Positions 52,662-64,000 of a stretch of DNA of 64,000 bases are shown here, piece after piece. The notes beneath the pieces are model-generated. The model was not told the DNA's origin. It worked only from the letters and a program-made list of their open reading frames with translations, and ran no database searches. Source of the stretch: Octopus sinensis (taxonomy: Eukaryota); contig NC_043015.1 of the NCBI RefSeq assembly GCF_006345805.1, forward strand, positions 50,096,001-50,160,000, given 5' to 3'. Each line of letters starts with the position of its first letter. The first letter of the stretch is position 1. A program made the position numbers and the translations under genes.

Positions 52662-52983
52662 ATTATTGTTGCTATCGTGGCTGCACGACGGCCACGTGCA
52701 GTCTTGATGAGGCTGGTTACAGCAAGCTGCCAAAGTCTATCCGCCTTTGTCATGCCTGCCCACCAGGCCATTGCCTTCGTCCACCAGAGTCAATCCTTGG
52801 GGGTTTGAGATAGCCCTCCTCCGCTTGCTCCGCCTTTGGGGTCTTAATGTTGGTGTTTGGTCGTGTTTAGTCTGGGACTTAATCGTCGACCTTGCTGCCC
52901 TAGGTGGCCCTACCAGGAGCCTAAGACTCCAGATGGTATCACTTTCGGAATCATTGGAACACACAAGCTCTTCCACTATGACA
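52662..52983 (-). mobile_element. Short RTE-derived element (5' UTR-like head joined to 3' hairpin tail)
   Basis: Minus strand starts tgtcatagtggaagagcttgtgtgttccaatgattcc..ggctcctggtagggccacc, resembling RTE-clade 5' ends. It ends with hairpin ctgcacg-N7-cgtgcag (52681-52701) and a short tail. No coding region between. Confidence 0.55.
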
Positions 52984-53785
52984 TAATGAAGAATTTAGCA
53001 AACTAACATTCTCATTATTAATCTGGTGTTTGGAGCATAAAATAACATGAAATTTTGATATAAGATTTTAATTTAGATCATTTTAACCCTTTTGTTACCT
53101 CATTTCTTTTGAAATACACTGTCTTTATTTCAATTAAATTTTGAAATAACAAAGAATTTAGCTGACAAACTTTCTTATTATTTATTTGGAGTTTGGAGCA
53201 TAAAAGAAATAAATTAGCTTAAACTTTTGATGAAAGATATTTTAGTTCACTTTAAACAAAATGCCTGCATCATAGAACCAGGAGAGGTGGTCTTGAATGG
53301 GTTGGTAGCCAAAGCATTTAGCATCAATCATATGTTACTCTTCTACAACCATTTCTCATTACCTGAGATTTTCTTTTTTTTTTTATGTAAAAATTGAAGA
53401 GACTCGTTTCCATTTGTGCTGATTGTATTTCTTTATTTTAAATTCATTTTCCTAACTGAGAATTAACGAAACAGTAATTAGCGTAGTAGTCTTTACCAAT
53501 TCAGAGAAGATTTGGTTTAGGTTGTTTGAAGCAGGCTGATAAAAATAGTCCTATATGTTTAAAAGCTAGCTGAACAAGCTCAATGGTTACTAATAATACC
53601 AAAAGCCATTGTATTTGAAGCAAGTCCTTTGTCAGTCTCTATTGATGACACCTGCTGCTACTACTACTTCCTTATATTTATGTTGTTTTATTAGACCAAT
53701 TTATATATCTTTGCTCAATTATTGATTTTTTTTTTTTTTTTGCTGCTGTGTGATTCTCAAAATGATTGCTGGCTATTTATATCTT

Positions 53786-53816
<31 letters not shown>

Positions 53817-54879
53817 CATCTGATGGTTGGTCATTCAGTAATGGCCACAGAAATTTTTTCTGCAATACCTAACAGATTACCTCTAGACTGGTTTGATGGA
53901 ACCTCATAGATAACACATGATACTTTACAGATTTAAGGATTACATTATTAATTATCAATTTTGTTAGTGTGAAGCAGACAATTATGTATTGATTACCAGC
54001 TAAAACTGTTTTTTTTTTTTAACATTTAAAATTTTATATTTTCAATTCCATTATTATGCAAAAATATTATTGTCATTGAACAAAATTATTTCAGCCCAGA
54101 AATTATTAAATTGCCAATTTAAATTTTAGAATGTATCTTCGTTATGAGATCCAGTTGTGGTCAGACTTTCAATATTTCCTTCTAGAAAATGTCTTTCTAT
54201 TTATGAAGGTTTTAATCTGATTAAAAGGCTTAGTTAAATCCTTCTTTTATTAAGATGAATATTTTATTTGATAAACCAAGTTAATCTCATAAGATTATCT
54301 ACTATCCAACCCAAGCCATAATCTCTCAAAATCTGTCTGCACCACTACCTCTTAATTCTGATTGTTTTATGATCAGGAAAAAAAAACTTTCAATATTATA
54401 TTATTATTCTGCATGTTCTTGCGGTCTTGCTTGTTTCACCTGTGTGTTATACTTATGTCAAGGGAGGTTATAACTGAAAGGTAGAAATATATATATGCAT
54501 ATTATAGATGCAGGCATGGCTGTGTGGTAAAAAGCTTGCTTTCCAACCACATGGTTCTTGGTTCAGTCCTTGAGCAAGTGTCTTTTATTATAGCCTTGGG
54601 TCGACCAAAGCTTTGTGAGTGGATTTGGTTGGCAGAAACTGAAAGAATCCTGTTGTGTGTGTGTTTGTGTGTCTGTGTTCATTCCCCACACACACACACA
54701 CACCGTTGCTTGACAACAAATGTAGGCGTGTTTAAGTCCCCATAACTTAGTGGTTCGGCAAAAAGAGACTGATAGAATAAGTACTAGGCTTACAAAGAAA
54801 AAGTTCTGGGTTCATTTTGTTCAACTGAAGGCGGTGCTCCAGCATGGCCACAGTTAAGTGACTGAAGCAAGTAAAAGAG

Positions 54880-55014
<135 letters not shown>

Positions 55015-55295
55015 CAAATGAAATGGGAATAATTGAATCAGTGAACATATAGAAAGGGAAAACATGAGAGATAGAGAGAGAGGTGGTCTATATTATTAGA
55101 AAGAGAGAGAGAGGGAGGTGGTCTATATTATTAGAAAGGGAGAGAGAGAGAGAGATCTATATTAGAGAGAGTGAAGAGGAGGGAGAAGGTCTATTATTCT
55201 GCACTTGTGTGTTAAAATTGCAGGCACAATCAAAATGTTTAATATAATGAAACAAAATTAATCAAAACAGAAGCAGTGTATTCCAACAGAAATAT

Positions 55296-55800
55296 TATCA
55301 TCATCATTTAACGTCCACTTTTCCATGCTGGTTGGACAGTTTGACCGAGGACTGGTGAGCCAGAAGGCTGCATCAGGCTTAATCTGATCTGGCAAAGAGT
55401 TTCTACAGCTGGATGCCCTTCCAAATGCCGCCCACTCTGAGAGTGTAGTGGGTGCTTCTATGTACCACCGGCACAAGGACCAGTCAGGTGGTTCTGGCAA
55501 CAACCATGCTCAAAAGGTGTTTTTTACGTGCTACCTGCACAGGAGCCTGTCTGGTGGCACTGGCAATAACCACGCTCGAATGCCGTTTTTCACATGCCAC
55601 CAGCACATGTGTCGGTAAGGCGCTGCTGGCAACGAACACGCTTGAACAGTGCTTTTTACATGCCACCAGCACGGGAGCCAATCCGTGGCCCTGGCAATGA
55701 TCAAGCTTGGATGTGCTTTTAATGTTCCACTGGCACAAGTGCCAATCAGGTGATACTGTCATCGGCCACGTCAGCGATTTTGATTTGATTTCACTTGCCT
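55296..55800 (-). mobile_element. Family C element with internal tandem subrepeats
   Basis: (CAT)n tail at about 55296-55306; about five degenerate gtgctttttacgtgccacc(a/g)gcac..ctggcaa units at 55450-55770. Similar arrays at 14230-14415 and 41560-41740. Confidence 0.75.
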
Positions 55801-55929
55801 CAGCAGAAATATTAAAGCTGGTGGAAAATATCTAAGAAAGCATAAAAGAATCATTGCAGTTGTTTATGGAATTTAAGTGATCGTTACCATAAATTTTAAT
55901 AGATCACTGTTCACCCACATTTTACTGTG

Positions 55930-56165
55930 TTTAACCTTTTAGCTTTAGCATTAGAACAGGCCATATCTGGCTTTATTTTCTACCTTTGTTTTTTTTGTAT
56001 GTTCAAATTGGCCAGGTCTGGTCTCTCATCTCTCTCCTGCAGCATCATAGTAAAAACAAATAATCGCATCATCAAAATCTCAAAGCTACAAGATAACACA
56101 TGATTAATTCGAAACAATGAATAAATAAGCATTACATTTGACTAAGTAATTTGAGTGCTAAATGG
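55930..56165. mobile_element. Degenerate MITE family with TTAA-CCCT-like ends (piggyBac-like)
   Basis: Shared catcaaaatctcaaagctacaagataa..attcaaaacaatg..taagcatt core at about 50070-50260, 52450-52630 and here; begins ttaacctttt. Confidence 0.5.
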
Positions 56166-56617
56166 AGAATTTGACTAGCTTCAGATTGTACTGAAAGAGC
56201 TCAGAGATGCTGTCAATTGTTAGTGTTTTCAATAAACCTTATAATCTAGTGATTCTCAACATACCACCACAAAGACACACACACACATAATGGGCTTCTT
56301 TTAGTTTCTGTCTACCAAACCCTTTCGCAAGGCTTTGGTCAGCCTGAGGCTACAGTAGAAAACATTTGCCTTAGGTGCTATGTGGTGGGACTGAACTCAG
56401 AACAATGTGGTTGGGAAGCAAGCTTCTTACCCCACAGCCACTCCTACACCTATGTGCAATGACCTTTGTAAACAAAAGGCTTAATCAAACAGCATCATTC
56501 ATGTCCAGTGGCCCATGTAACCATATCTGGTGTGTTTGTTGTTTGATAGACTAACAGATTGTTGAAGATGTGGAGGGACAATTTCGAGGCTCTTTAAGAG
56601 TTGAATTGGCTTTCAGT

Positions 56618-57550
56618 TTAACTTTCATCTTAAGCACCAAACCTGCCTTTTTTCACCACAGAGCTAACTGGGAGCTCAGCCAAAGAAGAAGCCTCTATGT
56701 GGTAGCTGAACATGCTAAAAACAACAGCTAAATCTCTCTCAAATCACACTCAACTGTCTTTAAATAGGAAAACAAAATAATGTAGTCCTAGAAATGCTGA
56801 ACCATTGATGGGATGGCCATGGTTGGGACAGCTTTCATGATATATTGACTCAGAGGTGATAAGGAGCTAAACAATGATAACATAACTAGTACTTCAAAAC
56901 GCTTAGCTGCATTTCCTTTATCTTCAAGTTCTGAGTTCAAATTCTGCTGAGGTTGACTTTGCCTTCCATCTTTTCCAGGTTGATAAACTGGGCATCAATA
57001 TGATTGACTAGGCCCCTCCCCACAAATTCCAGGCCTTATGCCTAGAGAAGAAAGAATTATTAATAAAATGAGTTAAGGCTGTGAGCTGGCAGAATCTTTG
57101 CTGCACTAGGCAAACTGCTTAGCAGCACTTTGTCCATCTTGATATTTTGAGTTCAAATTCTGCCAAGGTTGACTTTGCCTTTCATTTTTTCAGGGTTGCT
57201 AAAATGAATACCAGTTGGACACTGGGGTCGATTTAGACTTATCCCCTTCCCCAAAGTTGCTGAAATCATTATTAATAAAATAAGTACTAGTTATGTTAAT
57301 GTTGTTTAGCTTCTTACCACCTCTGAGTCAGTGTATCATGAAAGCTGTCCCAACCATGGCCATCCCATCTGTGGTTCATTATTTCTAGGACTACATTATT
57401 TTTTCCTATTTAAAGATAGTTGAGTGTGATTTGAGAGAGATTAAGCTGTTGTTTTTAGCATGTTCAGCTACCACAGCTTCTTCTTTGGCTGAGCTCCCAG
57501 TTAGCTCTGTAGTGAAAAAAGGCAGGTTTGGTGCTTAAGATGAAAGTTAA
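56618..57550. repeat. Inverted duplication, arms about 275 bp (56618-56894 and 57282-57550), spacer about 390 bp
   Basis: ttaactttcatcttaagcacc...cataactagtactt mirrored by aagtactagttatg...ggtgcttaagatgaaagttaa; the spacer consists of family A SINE pieces. Confidence 0.92.
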
Positions 57551-58887
57551 TGGTAATAAAATAAACCTCCACTTTCTAACCTTTCATCATCCACCTTCTC
57601 AAATATTCTTCGTCTTACAAATTACCTGGTGACCCTACCAGTGAAGTGGTTGGCATTTGGAAGGGCATCTCGGTGTAAAACCCATGCCAAAACTGACATC
57701 AACTGTGCTGGCACCACATAAAAGGCATTCAGTCCACTCTGCGGGGTAGTTGGTGTCAGGAAGGGCATCAAGCCATAAAAACTATACCAAAATAGACGCA
57801 GAAGCCTTATGTAGTCTTCTACCCGGCCAGCTTCAGTCAAACCGTCCAACCCTTGCTGGCATGGAAGGCGGAAGTTAAATGATGATAATGACTACATCTC
57901 AAATTGATTCTCTGTTTTTATTTTCCATCTCTCATCTTCCCTTTCCATAGAAGTGTGTATGCTTAAAATGGTAAAAACTCATACCAATTTTCCTGAGGCA
58001 TCAACCTAATACACTTTGTTTGTCTTTTTGGCTGTGTGGTAAGTAGCTTGCTTACCAACCACATGGTTCCAGGTTCAGTCCCACTGTGTGGCACCTTGGA
58101 CAAGTGCCTTCTACTATAGCCTCGGACCGACCAAAGCCTTGTGAATAGATTTGGTAGATGGAAACTGAAAGAAGCCTGTCGTATATATGTATATATATGT
58201 GTTTGTCCCCCAACATCACTTGACAACCGATGGTGGTGTGTTTATGTCCCCGTAACTTAGCAGTTTAGCAAAAGAGACCGATAGAATAAGTACTAGGCTT
58301 ACAAAGAATAAGTCCTAGGGTCGATTTGCTCAACTGAAGGCGGTGCTCCTGCATGGCCGCAGTCAAATGACTGAAACAAGTAAAAGAGTAAAAAAGAGTC
58401 CTCAACTTTTAAAAAAATTTTCATGTCATGTGTATATTCATACACACACACACACACACACACTACACTACACTCTTGTAGTGATTGGCATTAAGGAAGG
58501 GTATCTCACCATAGAAACAATGTCAGATCAGACTGGAACTTGGTGCAGTTCTCCAGTTTACCAGTTTCGGTCAAACTGTCTATCCCTTGCTAGCATGGAA
58601 ACCAGGTGCTAAATGATGATGAAGATGATGGCAATGACAACACACACTTATACTGGCAGGATTGCCATAACTGGAAAGCCTTTTCCTCATGAGTTCATTG
58701 TGGTTAAACAACAACTATTATTTTACTTATTCTTAACTTCTATTGAAATATTTTGATTCTGTAACTCACAACTAACTTTGATTTTATTCAACAAAATATC
58801 AGAAATAAAGGTATAATTCTAATCACCAATGTTCGAATCTCTATTAAAAAATTTCTTTTTAAATTTTTTTCTCTTTTTACTTTTTAG

Positions 58888-58995
58888 GTTTGGGATATCG
58901 ACCAAGACCTAACTATGAATCAACCCTCATCCGATTTACTAAAGGGGATGAAAGCATGAAACCATATGTTGAGAACATTAAGGATTTTCTTCAGC
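58888..58995 (+). CDS. ATP1B: Na+/K+-ATPase beta subunit, coding exon 3 (start of ectodomain)
   Basis: tttttag acceptor; 108 nt, phase 1-1. Encodes (G)LGYRPRPNYESTLIRFTKGDESMKPYVENIKDFLQ, completing the PGL..RP motif and Y...I..FL of beta subunits. Donor C|gtaagt. No further exon recognised before the window end. Confidence 0.93.
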
Positions 58996-59169
58996 GTAAG
59001 TAGCCAAGTTCCAACAGAGACCCATATTTTTTCAGTGCCTATTTCTCATTTTTAGTTTGAGTAACATTACTACTGAGGCTTTGTTAATTGTGACCAACTT
59101 TAGTTGGCTAAGAAAAAGAAACTAGAAGAAATATGGTAACTTGTCCTAACATATATTGTCAAAGATATA

Positions 59170-59737
59170 TTAGGTTGTCTGGAAAGTTCGTGCTGATTTT
59201 TAAAGGAAAGAAAAAGGTCAATAAATACTTGCCATTACATTTTTAATCAACCAAATATGAACCATTTTGTTGTACAATGCATTGTACAATGCATCTCCTT
59301 TAACTTGAAAATACCCTCTTCCCAGAATTGAGGTTTTCATGGCAAAGAATTCATCAAGGTATCTTTTTACATCATCCAAGCAATTGAAATTTTTACCATT
59401 AAGACTATTCTGCAGAGACCTGAATAAATGGAAATCTGACAGAGCAATATTTGGTGAATATGGAGGGTGGGGTAACACATCCCAGCCGAGCTGCAGCAAT
59501 TTTTGTCTGGTACCCAAAGCATCAAGTGCTGAAAATGAACTTTCTTATCTTCCATTTTAAAGCGTTACAAAATTAACATAGATTATAGGAACATAAATCT
59601 TCTCCCATGAAAAGATAGCTTAAACTGTGCTCTAAATGGAACTGTAGTCAAATCCTATTTTATGGACTCAACTATGTTCGAAAATAAGTCAAAAGGTAAG
59701 CTACAATAAATCGGCATGAACTTTCCGGACAACCCAA
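59170..59737 (-). mobile_element. Internally deleted mariner transposon
   Basis: TIRs ttaggttgtctggaaagttcgtgctgattt / aaatcggcatgaactttccggacaacccaa, TA TSD on both sides. N-terminal MEDKKVHFQHLM is joined to C-terminal LGWDVLPHPPYSPNIALSDFHLFRSLQN (YSPDLAPSD motif). Confidence 0.92.
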
Positions 59738-60239
59738 TAGTTTGGTAGATGTTATATTTGAATGTCAACTGTGTTATAGATGCTTAAAGAACATTTAGCT
59801 ACTCACAGGGGTAGTGTTCTTAGACTTAGCTATTTTTCTACAATTTTTGTTTTAAAAGAAAATGAAAACAAGTTTGAATGCAAGAGATTATCATGGAATA
59901 ATGTAGAATACAGAATTGAAGATTCAGAGTTAAAAAGAGATTTAAAAGATTTCAACATGGAATATAAATTTAGAAAATATAATGAATAAATTAAAAAGAA
60001 AGATAATGAAATATATAAATATTTAAGACATTTTGGAAGAAAGGCACTAGTTCTGCTCCCCAGACTAACTGTTAAAAAAAGACCCCAATAATCTATACTG
60101 TATTCATTCTTCATCATTACCATTTTTTTCTTTACATAAATTGGATGGGTCTTTATTATCAGTGCTCATTGTTTTATTGCCGTTCTTTATCATTTTCTTT
60201 ATTTAGTTCAACTTCTTGAAACTAGGTTTCACTACTTCT

Positions 60240-63140
60240 CTTCATGTCTTCCATAGTCTTTTACCACAGGTTCTTTCCAAGTGGATGACTTGCCTCTTCT
60301 TTACTCAGCTGTCATCCTCTGTACACATCACATGACCAAGCCAGAGCAGTTTTCACTCTTGTACATGCCACACATCTGATTGCTCTTATGCCCTACTTTT
60401 TCCTCTCAACTCATTCCTGCTCTGTCATTCACAAACCCTAACATTAAACGTCCAGCAAGCCATGTCTGTCATTTCTTTCCAACCATTGCATATCGTCCAC
60501 TTTCTGTGTCCAAATTTTCTACTGTGAAGCATCACGGTTTGTACACAAACATCAACACAACTTGCCCTTCATTCAGAGAAAGAATCCCTTTGTTATCAGC
60601 AAAGGTTATAGCACCTTAGAGTTTTCCTACCCCATTCCTAACTCCGCTTTCTAGGTTTTTGGAACATCCTTCACCACTGCTAATTAGGTCACTTAGATAA
60701 TAAAAGCTTTCAACCACTTTCAAGGAGTGTTTGAGCATTTAAAAAAAAATTAATTTATGGATGTTCTTAGTGCAAACCACTCCTGTGAATCTGGTTCACA
60801 TGAAGTCTTCTCTATTAGCTTCTACATTCAAACTATGTCAAGCTGCCTGAGATTCCATTGTGCTTCTTGTGCATGCATAGCTTTCGTTTGGTACATGGTA
60901 TAGAGTTCTTGGCCACCTTCATGATGCCAATAGAATCCAGTCTTTTTTCCTGCAAACTAAAATCTTTTTCTTTGCTACTTTTATTTTGTACATTATATAT
61001 ATTATTTACAGTTGACAGATATTTGTCCTCATCTTTTTCACTGTTAACACGTTTCAGCTGATATACCCTCCAGCCTTCATCAGATGTCTTGTGGAAATTT
61101 CAAACCTGGGTTCTCATTCCTAAGGTATTTTTCAATGTTTTTATTATTCAGGTCACTGAATTTGTCTTAACCACTATGCCATATGCCCATGGGCATATGG
61201 CGTGGTGGTTAAGAGCGTGGGCTACTAACCCCAAGATTCTGAGTTCGATTCCAGGCAGTGACCTGAATAATAATAATGATAATAATAATAATAATAATAA
61301 CATTGAAAAATACCTTAGGAATGAGAACTCGGGTTCGAAATTTCCCCAAGGCACTTGAAGAAGGCTGGAGATTATATTAGCCGAAATGTTGTGTTAACAA
61401 CAAACAAGATGACAAATATCCGTCAATTGTAAATTATGTAAATAATATAAATAATGTACATAATTCCTCATCTCTTAAATATAGAACTGTATTATTTATT
61501 TTGTAGTTTTTCAATTCTAAACTTTGTCCCCTCGTTTGAATCTTTCTAAATTCATTGGCAGGTTTTAGCTATGAAAACTAGGTTGTTGTTATAATGGAGG
61601 TCCCATTGACAACTGGTCTTAACCTCTTTTGTTATGGCCTGCAGGTATATAATAAACAGAAGGCACATAATGTGGTCGATGCCAGTGCCCCTTGACTGGC
61701 TCCTGTGCCAATAGCATGTAAAAAGCACCCACTACACTCTCAGAGTGGTTGGCATTAGGAAGGACATGCAGCTGTAGAAGCATTGCTAGATCAGATTGGA
61801 GCCTGGTGCAGCCTCCTGGCTTGCCAGACCTCAGTCAAACCATCCAACCCATGCTGGCATGGAAAGCAGATGTTAAACGACGATGATGATGATGAGGGAG
61901 CAGAGACCAGAGCCCTGATAGAAGCCTACCTGTGCGCTAAATTCCTTGCTGAACTGATTGCTAAGCTCTTACCTTGCTGATGGCATCTCTGAATATGGCC
62001 TGCACAGCGCTCTCAAGCTCTTCATTTAAATCTTGTTTTCTTAGTGATTACCTGACTACAGAACATGGTGCCCTGTCAAAGACCTTCTCCAAGTCAATGA
62101 ATGCTAGATAGATACAATTGCTTAAAACTTAGCTAAGTAATATTCTTTTCTACTCTAGGCACAAGGCCCGAAATTTTGGGGGAGGGTCCACTCGATTATA
62201 TCAACCCCAGTGCGTAACTGGTACTTAATTTATCGACCCCGAAAGGATGAAAGGCAAAGTCGACCTCGGCGGAATTTGAACTCAGAACGTAACGGCAGAC
62301 GAAATACGGCTACGTATTTCGCCCGGCGTGCTAATGTTTCTGCCAATGTCATTGGTATGCTGTCCCAAGCAAAAATCCTAACCATGTTTTATCTAAGCTG
62401 ATTCTCTTCCTAATCTGTTGTGCTTTGACTCTTAGTCACCTTCATAAGCTGGGCCATTAGTTTGATGTCACTGTTTTCTTGAATGACTTTGTTCCCTCAG
62501 TAGCAGGTGGTAATGATACCACTATGCCAGTCAGTGTGCAGTGACTCCCTATACTAACTGATTGGCTCTCTAAGTGACTAGCTCATCCTGCTTCACCAGA
62601 TATCTTCAGCACCTCAGTGACTATCAGGCACTTTCCTTGCCGGCATATCCTTGGTCGTTCTTTTGACCATATAATGCTCAACTTCAATCACTGGTCCTTT
62701 TGTTGGAATTACATGGAGTTAACCTTTTCTCCTTCTGTCACTCTCGTTATTTAGTAAACCCCTTCTAGTACCATTTTGATATAAATCTGTCTTCTCGGTG
62801 TCAGTATTGCTGTTATTTCTCTACATGTCTTTTGGTAACAGCATTTTGATTGGCACTGAAACACTGCTTTACAATCAGGAATACTTCATGCTTCTGATCT
62901 ACTTGTCACTGAATGTTCTTTTCTACTCTAAGCACATGACCTGAAATTTTAGGAGAGGGGTGGGGGGGCAGTTGATTAGATCAACCCCAGTATGCAACTG
63001 GTACTTAATTTATTGACCCCCGAAAGGATAAAAGGCAGAGTTGACCTCAGTGGAACTTGATCTCAGAACATAAAGACAGACAAATTTGTCACTGAATATT
63101 GGCAAACGTCTTAACGGTACTTTTGCTTTATCTCACCCCC
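60240..63140 (-). mobile_element. Fragmented RTE-clade LINE fossil interrupted by younger insertions
   Basis: Minus-strand peptides YLAFIDLEKVFDRAP (about 62070-62115), DIKLMAQLMKVT (about 62435-62470) and VVESFYYLSDLISSGEGCS (about 60660-60720) resemble RTE RT motifs. A separate + strand RTE-like remnant may lie at about 51560-52220. Confidence 0.65.
60987..61490. mobile_element. tRNA-headed hammerhead-like element in head-to-head inverted arrangement (copies 3 and 4)
   Basis: Left arm on minus, right arm on plus, joined at the perfect palindrome CCATATGCCCA|TGGGCATATGG (61179-61200). Hammerhead-like cores at 61052-61083 (-) and 61355-61386 (+). Confidence 0.8.
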
Positions 63141-63219
63141 ATCCCGTTTTATGACAAATATCAGTACTTTTGTTTATCTCCCTCAACTAAAAAAATTGTT
63201 TACAATAAAACAAAAAAAA

Positions 63220-63385
63220 ATGAAATAAATTAATAAACACAAAAGTGAAAAGATTAAATATCGTTTTGAATCTGATAATATTTTTTTATAACAAATCATA
63301 CAAAACTGAAAAAAATCAATAAACATGAAAACTGAAAAAATTAAACATTTTATTGAATCTGATAACATTTTTATAACAAATCGTT
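63220..63385. repeat. Imperfect tandem duplication, unit about 80 bp
   Basis: ttgaatctgataa(t/c)attttt(t)ataacaaatc occurs twice about 85 bp apart with similar upstream sequence. Confidence 0.65.
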
Positions 63386-63489
63386 CCATTCCTATTGAGG
63401 GGGCCAAATGTCACCAATGTTTTGAAGTAATGGATCAAAAGGATCTAACACTTTTAATCCAATCTCTAGTCGCCACATTAACTTGATTT

Positions 63490-63892
63490 GGATCTTTTCG
63501 GTTTGAATGGCAGTTTTTCTAGCGGTGTCATGAAATTGTCACCGTTAATTATGACCCTAGTATCGATCTATTGCATTTCAATCTGTTTTAGGGGTGGGGG
63601 AATGGTATCTTTTTTTTCTTCACAAATGTAAATAAACCCAATCTGTTTCTTAAACGAGGGACATTTTCATATGGCACAGAATGTTTTCACCTCAATAGAG
63701 GTCATTGATTGGTTGAAATTGCAGAAATTTAAGAAAAAACAACAACAAATATCTTACAAACTATAGAATTTTCTCAATAAAGCCAAGAGAAAAAGATGTT
63801 TTATAAACACATTCTACCAGTATACGAAATTTAAAAGTGTTTACTTACGTGGAAATTATTTTAAAAAACTGCCATCCAAACCAAAAAGATCC
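63490..63892. mobile_element. MITE with GG-initiated TIRs and 8 bp TSD (Merlin-like)
   Basis: TIR ggatcttttcggtttgaatggcagttttt / aaaaactgccatccaaaccaaaaagatcc; TSD cttgattt/ctcgattt. A related right-end fragment lies at about 26720-26795. Confidence 0.75.
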
Positions 63893-64000
63893 CTCGATTT
63901 TTTAGTGGGGAGATAACCCAATTTTTTTAATGGGGGTAAGATAACCAAAATGTACCTTCTTACTTCCAGCTTCCCTCTTTGCTATGTATACTCCTTCTTA

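Noticed and set aside
59780-59989. 69 aa charged ORF (..NNVEYRIEDSELKRDLKDFNMEYK..) as ATPase exon 4
   Set aside because: No resemblance to the beta-subunit ectodomain (no Cys pattern) and no convincing splice sites; AT-rich purine bias explains the open frame.
61191-61263. Functional tRNA gene
   Set aside because: Acceptor and anticodon stems pair poorly, and the sequence is always attached to the same repeat body, so it is a SINE head. The same applies to the heads of families A, B and D.

Overview
Repeat-rich, AT-rich eukaryotic genomic DNA. The SINE, microsatellite and transposon repertoire looks like a cephalopod (Octopus-like) genome; this is an inference. One host gene can be supported: the first three coding exons of a Na+/K+-ATPase beta subunit gene on the + strand (23470-23602, 49891-50031, 58888-58995; intron 1 about 26 kb; the gene continues beyond the window). 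The ORF track misses exons 1 and 3 and covers exon 2 only inside a longer ORF. Almost all listed ORFs are microsatellite or SINE artefacts. The rest is several tRNA-derived SINE families, fossils of non-LTR elements (Hero-, R4/Dong-, RTE- and Penelope/Naiad-like), Tc1/mariner, hAT and Merlin-like MITEs, and a Helitron. The most unusual signal is a set of short non-coding elements carrying minimal type-I hammerhead-ribozyme-like motifs, usually in fold-back arrangement. One of these families joins a tRNA-like Pol III head to a hammerhead tail and is a candidate Penelope-mobilised SINE. Also notable are several long inverted repeats inside the ATPase pre-mRNA, an (AAT)n-targeting element family, an RTE-derived 5'+3' mini-element, and a roughly 17 kb CpG-retaining domain starting at the promoter. 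All calls were made by eye; no searches or folding were run.
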